Shown here: piece by piece, positions 17,082 to 27,607 of the stretch
How the letters are laid out: each line of letters begins with the position of its first letter
Numbering within the stretch: position 1 is the stretch's first letter
Assembly: GCA_958009085.1 (NCBI GenBank)
Contig: OY253671.1
Location: 124,001-188,000, forward strand
DNA from: Protoeuglena noctilucae
Lineage: Eukaryota
Direction: 5' to 3'
DNA: 64,000 bases
Notes under the pieces: model-generated
Database searches by the model: none
Seen by the model: the letters and a program-made list of their open reading frames with translations, nothing else
Told to the model about the DNA's origin: nothing
Position numbers and translations under genes: made by a program

Positions 17082-18077
17082 GACCGCCTCCGCCTGCCGC
17101 GACGGGCGCGAGCCCTGCGGAGGAGCCGGGAGGAGGCGCGAATGGGCAAAGGCGCGCGACCCACTGCAGAACTCCCAACCGGACCCGTCCCGCACCGACC
17201 AGCGCTGTCAGCCACACGCGCGTGATAAGTATGAGTGCCCCTAGAATGTGGGCCACGCAAAAAGGATGCGCAGGGCTTCCGTTCGGCCCACAAGAGCTGC
17301 GAGTGACGCTGCCAAGCAGGCAGCGCTGTGGGAGGACCGGAGGATGGAGCATGGCGACTATCCCGCTTTCATACACGCGTGAGAGCGGATGCCGGGGTCC
17401 GGACAGGCGGGATGGTGGCCAGCGTCGCGCCCGTCGTCCCCACATGGCGCGCGAGCACAGCCGGCAGCTCGGCGCGGGCGTCACCTCTCCGACCCTCCCC
17501 CCGGACTATGACCCTTGAAAGCTATGCGTAGAGCAGCTTTGAACGCGCAGAGGCGCAGTCGACGACGCAGGCTGTGTTTGGGACGAGGAAATGAACACCG
17601 CACCACCGGAGTGGATCGCGAGCTAGGGTGCGATTCGAGTTTAATGGGCAAGGTAAACTGAATGCTAGCTTTCGAGAAATGGGCGATCTGACACCCGCAT
17701 GCCAGACACGACCGCGCCCGCCACAAGCGCTTTTGCTGAGCGTGTCCCCATCACCGACAGCAGTACCCCATCACCTCATGCGGGGACGTCGGGCTTGTTG
17801 TCGGGCTCGCTGTGCATCGCTGAACTAGCGCACACGGGGCAACGACGACGCTCCTGGGCCATTTGGCTCTTTGCGGGCCGGCCCCCGGCGCTTCGTTTCC
17901 CCGATCTCGCAGAGGCGGGGCGCGTAGTGGCTGGGAGGGTGTGGGAGCCTCTCGGGGTCCACGGCAGGCTGGTGTGAAGGGCCGCCAAGCGCTGGACGCC
18001 CGAGGGCGTGAGCGGGGTGGCGTCCACGAAACAGTCTTGCGCGACCTGCGCGCCGGTCTGTCTTTGGTCGCGGCAAG

Positions 18078-20353
18078 ATGTACAACGGCATCGGTTTGAC
18101 GACCGTTCGCGGGTCGGGGACGTCTGGCTATGTGCAGGCGAGCCTCGTGGCCCGCCTGGAGACTGCTGGCGGTCAGCAAGTGCTGATTGCGGCTTTCTTG
18201 CGATCGGCAGCGAAAGGGCGCCCTTGTATCGCCGGGGGGGGATGCACAAGGCGAAAACCAGTGCGTGCTCCCCCTCCCCTCGCAGACGAACAAGTTCAAC
18301 CTGCGCCGGCGCCATGAGTCGCACCAGATCAACAAGGACTCGAAGGTGGACCGCGCCATCGCCCGGGCGCCCAACGAGGAGATCGTGGACCATAACCGCC
18401 GCCGGGAGATCGAAGTGAAGCTCGTGGAGATCAGGCAAGGCCTCGCGGCTGCCGTTCGGGTCTCCAGCGACTGCATATGTCTTGTCCCGCTGATATGGCG
18501 TCCACAGAGCGCGGCGCGCGCCTCGGGGCCCGCAGCTGTGGCACTGCAGCGCAGCACGGGTGGCCCTCCAACGCCTCCTGCTCCCCGCCCTTGCAGGGAC
18601 GAGTACGAGACCAAGGGGTACAGCGAGGAGGAGATCGAGGAGCTGATTGCGGCGAAGCGGAAGGAGCTGGAGGAAGAGGCGGCGCGGAAGAGCGCAGCGG
18701 ACGCTGCCCTGAGCGAATGGTCGCAGCGGAACGGGGCCGGGGTGGGCTCGGGCAACATGGAGACGCATGCGCTTGCGGAGAGGAAGCAGAGGCAGATGGA
18801 CAACCTCCGCAGCGCGCTTGGTTTCCGCGACGAGGTGTGTGCGCGAGCTGCAGCGGCGCTAACGGCCCTTTTCGAGCTCAGATGGACAGGTCAGATGATT
18901 TTCATTCCTATCTCAACCATGGGCGCGTCGCGTTTGCCGCCCGCGCACCGCCGGGGCTGCCGCCGAGATGTGCCTTCGCCCTCTTTGCACGCAGGTCCGC
19001 GAGGGCGAGGCGTTCGACCGGGATCTCCAGGAGCGAAGGCGTCAGGAGCGCATCGCAGCGCGGGAGGCCGAGGAGCGGGCGAGGGAGGAGGCGGCGCGGC
19101 AGCGGGAGCGCGAGGAGCGTCGCCGGGTGAAGGAAGCCAAACGCGAGGCGAAGCGAGCGAAAAAAGAGGCGAAAAAGGAGGAGAAGAAGCGAAGGAAAGA
19201 GGCGAAGAGGGAGGCCAAGCGAGCGGAGCGGCGGGCGAGGAGGGGCGACTCGTCAAGCTCAGACGACTCCTCCAGGCGAGTTCGTGTTTCGCCGAGGGAC
19301 CTGTGGGGAATTTGGCAGCTGCGAATGGACAATCGAGGTGCATGCCTTCCGTCTTGTCTTACACTTGCTGCACTGTTAGCTGAGAAATGCGGCAGCTTGG
19401 CTGCTTGCACGTAGCAGTGTGGTGCTGCTTAACCGAGCAGTCCATTCTCCCCGCAGTTCGGATCGGGAGACGTCGCGTAGCCGGGACAGGGACGTCAGCC
19501 CTCCGAGGGGCGGCGGGGCCGGGCGGGCCGAGAGGGCAGGGGACAGGGGCCGGGACGATGGCGGCCGAGGGGGCAGGGAGCGCGACGGTCGGGAGCCGAG
19601 GGGCGCGTTGCCGCCGCCGCCTGATAGCCGAGACAGGGACAGGCGGGATGACCGCGACAGGTGGGGCGAGCGGAGCTGGCGGGACGACGGGGTCGCCTTG
19701 CCGCCCCCGCCTGATAGCCGCGAGCGAGAGCGGCGGGGCGAGCGGGACACCCTCCCGCCTCCGCCTGATAGCCGCGACAGGGTAGGCGCGATGATCGGGA
19801 CAGGCGTGGCGACCTGCCGCCCCCGCCCGACAGCCGTGAGCGAGAGCGGCGAGGCGAGCGGGGCGCATTGCCGCCCCCACCCTGATAGCCGCGAGCGGGN
19901 NNNNNNNNNNNNNNNNNNNNNNNNNNNNNNNNNNNNNNNNNNNNNNNNNNNNNNNNNNNNNNNNNNNNNNNNNNNNNNNNNNNNNNNNNNNNNNNNNNNN
20001 NNNNNNNNNNNNNNNNNNNNNNNNNNNNNNNNNNNNNNNNNNNNNNNNNNNNNNNNNNNNNNNNNNNNNNNNNNNNNNNNNNNNNNNNNNNNNNNNNNNC
20101 CCCCTCGCCCTCGCCCTCCCGCTCCCGCTCCCGCTCCCGCTCCTCCACCTCCCGCTCCTTCTCTCACTCCCGGTCGTCCTCGCGCTCTCGGCCGTCGTCG
20201 CCCTCCCGGTCCCTCTCCCGCTCGCGCTCTCCCCGCTCTCTGTCGCGGCGGTCGCGGTCGCGGTCAGGGACTCCACCCCGGCGATCCCGGCCCTCGCGGT
20301 CCCCGCGGTCGGTGTCTGGAGAGAGAGACGTCAAGCGGGCCAGGAGGGACTGA
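18078..20353 (+). CDS. CWC21: CWC21/SRRM2-like spliceosomal protein with RS-rich tail (spans the gap)
   Basis: MYNGIGLTTVRGSGTSGYVQ-TNKF, PNEEIVDHNRRREIEVKL, ETHALAERK. After the gap the + strand reads SRSRSRSRSS...ERDVKRARRD-stop. Confidence 0.9.
19609..19899 (+). repeat. Coding tandem repeat, at least 5 x LPPPPDSR(D/E)R
   Basis: ccgccNccgcctgatagccg units recur up to the gap. Confidence 0.85.
19900..20099. other. Assembly gap (200 N)
   Basis: Run of n. Confidence 0.99.
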
Positions 20354-20979
20354 AGGAGATGGGCTGGGGTGCCAGTGAGCGATTGCCGGCTTCTGTGCTG
20401 TCCGGCAGGTTGTGTGTGTTGTCTGACGTGGGGAGCAAGTGGCACTGCTGCAAGGGGGTGTGGTGAACGGGCCAGTGGGGTTTGAGCCGGCTATGTCCCA
20501 AGCTCAGGTTGCTTACTAGAATGGGTCGCTGGCCCCACGTGCGGCTGCGGGGCAAGAGCTGGTCGGCTTTCAAACTGCGAGCTGCTTTTGAAAACGCCCT
20601 CGACTTGCAAATGGGGTCCGACTGCCAAAGTAACCACGGATGGCTCCGGTCCTATGCTATCTTTCGAAGCGTAAATATGCTAGTCAGCCAGCAGGTCCCA
20701 TGGATCCGGTCGTTGCAGGGATGCTGTCGTCATGGCCGCACCGCACACGCAGAGCGAAAGGCGCAACAAGGTGTGGCGCACGGCGGGGATACGGAGGTGG
20801 CTTACACGCGGCTGCCGCGATGCAGGATGAGAGAGGTACGTCAAAGGGCCTCGGGACTGCCACGCGAGGTGCTGGAGAGATGAGCCAGGTGTTGTGCACC
20901 CGAACTACGGCCGTGAAGCAATGACCGCCAGGCACGTACGGTATCCGCCACCCCGCACGCCAGCGGCACATACGCTCCA

Positions 20980-21129
20980 TCAGGACAGTGTTACAGCGCC
21001 ACACGTGCCATCAAGACAGCGCTGTAGCGTGGCACGCCTTATCAGGACAGCGTCAGACGTCCCATCAAGACAGAGCATCAGGCGTCCCATCAGGCCAGCG
21101 CTGTAGCGTGGCACGCCTCCTCAGGACAG
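20980..21129. repeat. Degenerate 23-31 bp minisatellite overlapping the desaturase stop codon
   Basis: tcaRgMcag core at 20980, 21011, 21042, 21065, 21090 and 21121; cagcgctgtagcgtggcacgcct occurs twice. Confidence 0.85.
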
Positions 21130-23473
21130 AGGCACCTCCCGCCCATGGAGCCACGCAAACTGCGCCCTCGGCACCGCGCCCCTCTTTCGCGCCCGCTCTC
21201 TCCTCTCCTCTGCTAGGTCCGCCAGCCGATGGATACGGGAAGCGTGCTGCGGGGGTGACGAGCGCACACGCATGAACAAACCCTGCTCACCGACCACACC
21301 ACTGCCCACCCACCCACACCCACACCCACACCCACACCTCTCACCTGCATCAAGAACTCCTGTTCCCTCGCAGCATCCCCCCTCAGCCCCTGCACGTCCG
21401 CCACCCCCCACCGCGCCACCAAATGCTCCACAATGCTCGCATAGTCCCGGGCCGTGTACACCCCCGCCGCCTCCGCCACGGTCGCATAGTCGTCAAACAG
21501 AGACCGGCCCCGGTTGGCCTCCGAGTGCACGCCGTCGTCCATTAGATGGGCCGGCATCAGGATGCCCTTTCGCATCATGTCGCCGAACGCCAGCACCGCG
21601 CCCTCGGGGTCCCTGCGATGTGGAGGCAAGCGAGGGAGACATGGGGCGGTGGCGGTACTTGCATCGGCAACAGCCAACCCTGGATGCGATGCGGTGCTTG
21701 CCTCGCGATGCGCTGGTGATGCATGCCACCCACCCACTGACCTCTGCATGACCTGCCCCACTCGCATGCCACCTCACCCACCCCTCACCTCTGCATGACC
21801 TGCCCCACGATGCGCTTGTACGCCTCCTCGTGCCGCGCCTCGTCCGATGCCACCAGCCCGCACAGCCTAGCCAATGCACCGTCCCCGTGCTCCTTCGCCA
21901 GTCTTGCGGTGTTGCCGTGGGACACCCGCGTGGCCCTCTCCTGGAACGACGTGTAGACGAAGCAGAGGTACGGTATGTTCTCCAACTGCGGATGGAGGAG
22001 AGAGGGATGGGAGGGTGACCACGCATCCACCGCAACACATTTTAAGTCACTCTAATGAACGCACAACACCACACCTCACCTCGCCACCTATGCCCACCTA
22101 TTCCCTCATCTCTCCCAGTCACCCCCACAAGCGCTTCACACCACACCGCATCGCACCTTAGGGTCCAGCCCCGCCCCAATGAGCCTTTGGATGGTGCTCT
22201 CCACCGCGCGCATGTCCACGCGTCCGCTCAAATACAGCCACTTGTGCAGGGCGTCCCCGTGTCGATTTTCCTCGGCAGTCCACGCCCTTGTCCACCTCGC
22301 CCACGCATGCGACTGCGCCCCCGTCTCGTCCTGCACTCGCGGAAAAGCACAAAACGTAACCGTAGCACGAAACGTGACTTGATGTTCCTGTTCCCACACT
22401 GTTCCCACAGATGCGACATTCCCACCGCAGTCACTCAATCGTCGCACGTCGGGCGCAACTATACCGTGTCCCACACGCCCTGTCAGGCCCTCGCATCCCC
22501 CACCTTGGTCCCATCCAGCAGGTTAAGCATGTTCATGTAGCTCGGGAGCGCCTCCTCCGTCACCATGTCCCCCACCAGGGCGACCAAGTAGGCGTCTGGC
22601 AGCTCCCTCGCCCGAGCACGCAGCTCCCGGACCTGGTCCTCGAAATCCGGGCCAGCCGCATCGGGAAGCAAGTCCTGAGGCTGCCTGCGGGACGACGGGA
22701 GACGAGCGGAGCGACATGAGCATCAGTGTCGGCATGTTGGGCAGCCGCTTGCAGCCCGGGCGTTGATGCCCGTCACACGCCCCCGCTCAGTCGGCAGTGT
22801 CTAGACAGCGACTGAGAATGTCTAGACGTGCGATGGGTACATGTCATTAAATGACAGTCGATAAGCACCCAGTTAGTGATGCCTGCCGACGCACCAATTG
22901 GCTTTGGGATCCTTGAGTAGAAGCAGCAGGGATTCCTCGGCCCAGGGCGTCAGGCTCTGGATGACGTCGAACCCTCTCGCGTGCAAGCTGTGCGCCTTCT
23001 GTCCCCCGATATACACGTAAGGCCACTTCCCCAGATAATCTGGCCGCGGAGGCAGGCCGAACGGGTCCAGCCTGCGTGCGTGCCCGTCGGTCTCTCGGTC
23101 CGCCTCTTCAACCGCCCCTGCCGCAATCTCCGTCGCTTGGGTATCTGCAGACGGTAGAGATGCATTTCGCCTCACGATCGCGGGGCTCGAGCTCCCCGCG
23201 CCGCCCCAAAGGCAGGGCAATGCCACAAGTCATGCACGCGTGCGCACGCGCGTCGTCGAGCCCCGAGTCGCGCAGCGGTTCGAAGACGGATGCAGGACAC
23301 GGGGAAAACTTCCTCGCGGTGCGGGATCGCCCGCGAACTTCGTCACCTGTGTGGGCCACACGCGTCGCCACGCCCTCCGCGAGCATCCGGCGAGCTCTGG
23401 GCGGCCGCCACCCCCGCCGTCCAAAGTTCCCATCGCTAGCTACCGAGCGCGAGCAGCTTGGCTGCGCGGACAT
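21121..23473 (-). CDS. FAB2: Plastid acyl-ACP (stearoyl-ACP delta-9 type) desaturase
   Basis: [44 protein letters not shown] di-iron motifs. Transit-peptide-like N-terminus. Confidence 0.92.
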
Positions 23474-23738
23474 CGGCAGCCAGCAGGTTGCTCTGGAGGG
23501 ACCGTGTTGAGATGAATTCGCTGGATCTCTTGGATTCAAAGCCCACCAGTTTACCGCCAAGAGTGTAATAAGGCTCCAGGAGTCTCGATCCTTCTCTCTG
23601 TCTTTCCACAAGCAGGCTTCTTGCGGGTAGGGTACCGTCTGCCCACCTCCGCCTCACAGCGAGCCGCAATCCTCGTTGGGGTGGCATTTGGGAAGCGTCG
23701 GAGACAGCAGAAGTAGCTGGTTTGAAACCCTGATTCCC

Positions 23739-24868
23739 ATGCAAAGCAGCACTGCCGCTCGGCAGCCTGTCGAGCCAGGTCCGAGGCCGGCGAAGGTGCC
23801 CAGGACGATGAAGGCGGCCCGGCGGGTCGTCGTGTCAGGTGCAGACGCGCTAGCCTCCCGCGGCGGTGCCTGCTGCATTAAACTGCATGAACAAAGAACG
23901 TGAAGTGCAACGGGCCCCCTTGCCTGATGCAGCGATGATTCGGGAGGAGGAGTGGCACACCATCGGGAAAGAGCTGGCCGAGTACGATGAGAAGCGCGAA
24001 TTCGTCATCAAGCGCACCCGTGACGTGCAGAAGCTGGCGAAGCAGGTGGGGTCACCTCCCAAGGGCGCCAGGAGGGCCAGCCGCGCTGTTTGCACGTAAA
24101 CATCGATCATTTAAAGCAACAACATCGCATCTCGCAGGCTATCTTCTCGCTGCACCGCGGCGACGCGGAGAAGGCCAAGACGCAGCTCCGGGACGCCACG
24201 GCCATCGCGCAGGAGATCTGGCCGACCGTCCAGGCGAACCCTTCCCTGCGCCCTGGCTCTTACTCGAGTGCTCTCGAGGAGCTGGGTGAGGCGTTGGTGT
24301 TCCAGGTGTTCTTGGAGGAGCGCCGGCTGGCTTCGCGGGACGAGATGCCGCTCCTCAACGCTGAGGAGTTCTTGGGAGGCGTGCTGGACTTCACGGGGGA
24401 GCTCAACCGCTACGCCGTGCAGCGGGCGACCGCCCGGGATGTGGAGGAGGTGCAGCGGTGCAAGGTGGGGCGCAGCGCCCGGGGGAGAGAGTTCTGAGGA
24501 ACTACACAGCACGTCATGCCCATCCGCATCCCTGTTGCCCCGCAGGATCTGGTGGAGTCGATTTTTGGTCTCTTTTTGCAATTCGACCTAAGGAACGGGG
24601 CGCTGCGGAAGAAGTACGACACGCTCAAGTACACGCTAAAGAAGCTCGAGAACACGCTCTACGAGCTGAGCTTGACGGAGGTGAGGGGGCCATGGTGGGC
24701 GTGGGTGGCGCCCACTCCAGCCCGGCAGGCTTGCAGGTGCAGGTGCAGCTGAGGAAATGGCGGCTGGCCCTCACTGCGCAGGCCTTGGGTCGCAAGAGGG
24801 AGGCGGAGGACGGGGCGGAGGCCATGCAGGACGACGGGGCGGGGGACCGTGGGGAGGACGAGGGCTGA
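23739..24868 (+). CDS. Translin/TRAX (C3PO) family protein, archaeal-like
   Basis: DEKREFVIKRTRDVQKLAKQAIFSLHRGD, ALEELGEA, FLGGVLDFTGELNRYAV, LRKKYDTLKYTLKKLE. Confidence 0.82.
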
Positions 24869-24984
24869 CGGGCCTCATGCGGTGTCAGCAAGTGTTTGTT
24901 AGGAGCATAGCATGATGAGGTCGCACAGGACCAGCAACTAAGCTTGTTGAACGGGACATTCAACAAGAGACCGGGGCCTCGCAT

Positions 24985-26639
24985 CTACGCCACCACGTTC
25001 GTGATGTTGAAGGCCTTGTCGATGCGCTTCCAGATGCCCGCTGTGACCTTGCCCGGCCCCACCTCGAAGCCCTCCTGCAGGCCCTTCTCCTGCGCGGACG
25101 CCGATAGCTCTATTGTCTCATTCCGTCAATAATACGTCACTTGTCATGGCTAGTCGCGCGGCGCGCGGCCTCAGGGACGTGTAAAATGCGGATGCGAGAG
25201 GGCATCCCCACCTTGAGGGTCACGAGGGTCTTCTCCCACATGACGGGACCCGTCAGCTGCTTGGAAAGGATGTCCTTGATGACCTGGGGGTCCGCGTGCG
25301 GCGCAGCGTCCACGTTCGAGATTACGGGGATCCGCGGCTCGGTGATGCTGGTGCCCTCCAGCGCAGCCTTCAGCTTGTCCGCCGCGGGGGCCATGAACTC
25401 GGTGTGGAAAGCACCTGCGGACACGGCAGCGATCGGAGATCGCCCAGCGCCCGCGTCCCGCGGCGGGTTCGCCCGCGACACGCAGCATGTCGCTGCCGCT
25501 CACCGGCCACCGCCAGCCGCACCACCATCTTGGCCTTGAACTCCTTGGCGCGCTTCTCCGCCGCCTCGATCCCCTTCATCCCGCCCGACACGACGTAGTT
25601 GCCGGGGCAGAGGAAGTTGGCGACCTTGATCTTGTCGTCCGCACCCGCGAGGTCCTTGTTCACCTCATCGCTGCGAACAGGGACAGCGCGTGTGGCGTCA
25701 CGTTGGGTCCAGTCATGCGCGGGAAGCGAGGAACACCGTCGCTGCGGCCGCCACGCACCACATGGCCTGGACCTTGTCGGCGTCAAGGCCAATCACCGAC
25801 GCCATGCCCGACGGCTGCGGTCAGGGCGCCAGGGCGTTATGTGAACCAAGGGCGGCATGTAAACTCAAGCGCCGCATGCTAGGTGCTTGGCATTGTATAA
25901 AAGCATTCCCCGCCTTGCACGCGCGCCACTCGCCTTCATGTCCGCCGCCGCCTGCATCGACTCGCCCCGGATCTTCACCAGCCGCACGCCGTCCTCGAAC
26001 TTCATGGCCCCCGCGAACGTCAGCGCCGTGTACTCCCTGCAAAGTGAGATATGAGTTCGCACCCATGCAACGCCTGTTGGCTCCCTGCCCACTCTCATGT
26101 CCCACGAAGGGGACGCCGCCTGACCCACGCTCACCCGAGGGAGAGGCCGCAGCAGACGTCGATGGACTGCAGGAAGTCGTCGCCCTTCTCGACGCGAAGC
26201 TTCTCGACAGCCGCCAGGCTCGCCACATAGATGGCCGGCTGCGAGACGGCCGTGGTGTTGAGCTTGTCCTCCGGACCCTCCACGCACACCTTGAGGAGGT
26301 CATACCCCAGGATCTCCGAGGCCTGCTCGAACATCTCCTTGGCCTTCGGGAGCTCCTCCGTCAGGGCCTTGGCCATCCCGACCGACTGCGGGTGAGGCCA
26401 GCTCGCACCAGTCAGAGCTGAAAGGGCCCACGTGCGGGAGGCGCGGTTTGCGGCCCGGGTGCTGCGCAGACCTGCGCGCCCTGCCCCGGGAAGAAGAACG
26501 CCTTCTTGGGCGTGTACCCCGCGTACTTGTTGTCCGCGGCCCGCGCGACGACGCCGCGACGCCCGGCCGTACCCCGGGCCCCGTCCCTGCGGAGCGCGGA
26601 GGTGCCAGCCGTCAGTCGCTGCATGGATTCGCCATGCAT
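24985..26639 (-). CDS. fabD: Malonyl-CoA:ACP transacylase (plastid FabD/MCAT)
   Basis: FFFPGQGAQ, SQPAIY, CGLSLGEY, VANFLCPG, GAFHT, EVGPGKV. True start may lie in small upstream exons near 27025. Confidence 0.93.
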
Positions 26640-27607
26640 GGAGACCCATCAATGGAATTTAGCACAATGGTTCGTTTAAGGTGGCCGATGGGCCATGTGC
26701 GGGTCCCATGCGCAGGGAAAGGGGCCGAGATATCCGTACATCAAGGTCATGCCGCGCACTCAGGAGAAGCCTGATGCCACGGTCGGCGACATCACCGCAG
26801 TAGGAAAGACCGACCGGTCAGAAAAGCGGGACTCTGCTGCGCATACCCGGCGGCTCGAGTGTGGGAGCCCCTGGGTTTGTGTGCGGCTACAGGTGGGCAT
26901 TGCGCGCTCCCGACGGCTTGGCACAAACAAGAGGCAATTCGAGCTAATCAACAAGCATCTCAGGAATGCATCGGCAGTAGGCATCGGGACCCACAGGCCC
27001 TGGGCGCGAGCTGTCGGGGCTTGCATCGGACAGCACTGGGAACCGCAGATGCGCCAGTGGGCTCGGCCTGCGCCAACACCCGCAGCGACCGTCGTACCAG
27101 TCGTATATTTTCTCACCTGGGGCCCGCTTGGGGAAGGCTCAGCCCCACGCTGGACATCTGCGTTATCAACCAGCCGACGATGAGGGGGGGGAGGTGCAGC
27201 AGCGGGAGGCAGCGAGGCTTCGGCTTGAAGTGGGCTGGGGCGGGGGTGAGCACAGATTATCGCGTCGCCAGCAGTTCCAGCAAACATGATTCTGACGAGA
27301 GGGCGCCCGCCTCGCGCGTGAATCCGCCAACGCCGTCGCGGCCCAGCTCAGATTTCCCGCGTGGAATTGCCCTCCGATGTCCACTTAACTCTGAATTCAA
27401 CCGCGCTGGCCCTACACTGGCTTACAGCGGTGCTGAGGCGCTCTCCTGGATTGCTGACGTGCCTTTGATCAACGCGGTCGTCAGCGAGCTGCGCAGGGGC
27501 CTTGCCATTGCCCCGAACCGCGGCGCCTGGGCTGCAACTGCGCGGCGACGCTCCTCGTGCGCCCTGGAGCCGCATCCAACCCGTTCCGCGCGTCCGTGGT
27601 CGAGGAG

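Noticed and set aside
20164..20445. RE/RD-rich minus-strand ORF suggesting an inverted contig after the gap
   Set aside because: The + strand encodes the expected RS tail of CWC21 with a stop at 20353.
20980..21129. CRISPR-like repeat/spacer appearance
   Set aside because: Core is only 9 bp, the 'spacers' are themselves related, no cas genes, eukaryotic context.
22786..22871. TPP riboswitch (CTGAGA motif)
   Set aside because: Motif is antisense to the host gene and the CCTGA..TAAT..GCG.AGGGA half is missing.
26695..27183. Plus-strand ORF head-to-head with fabD
   Set aside because: No recognisable motifs; region more likely holds upstream fabD exons and promoter.
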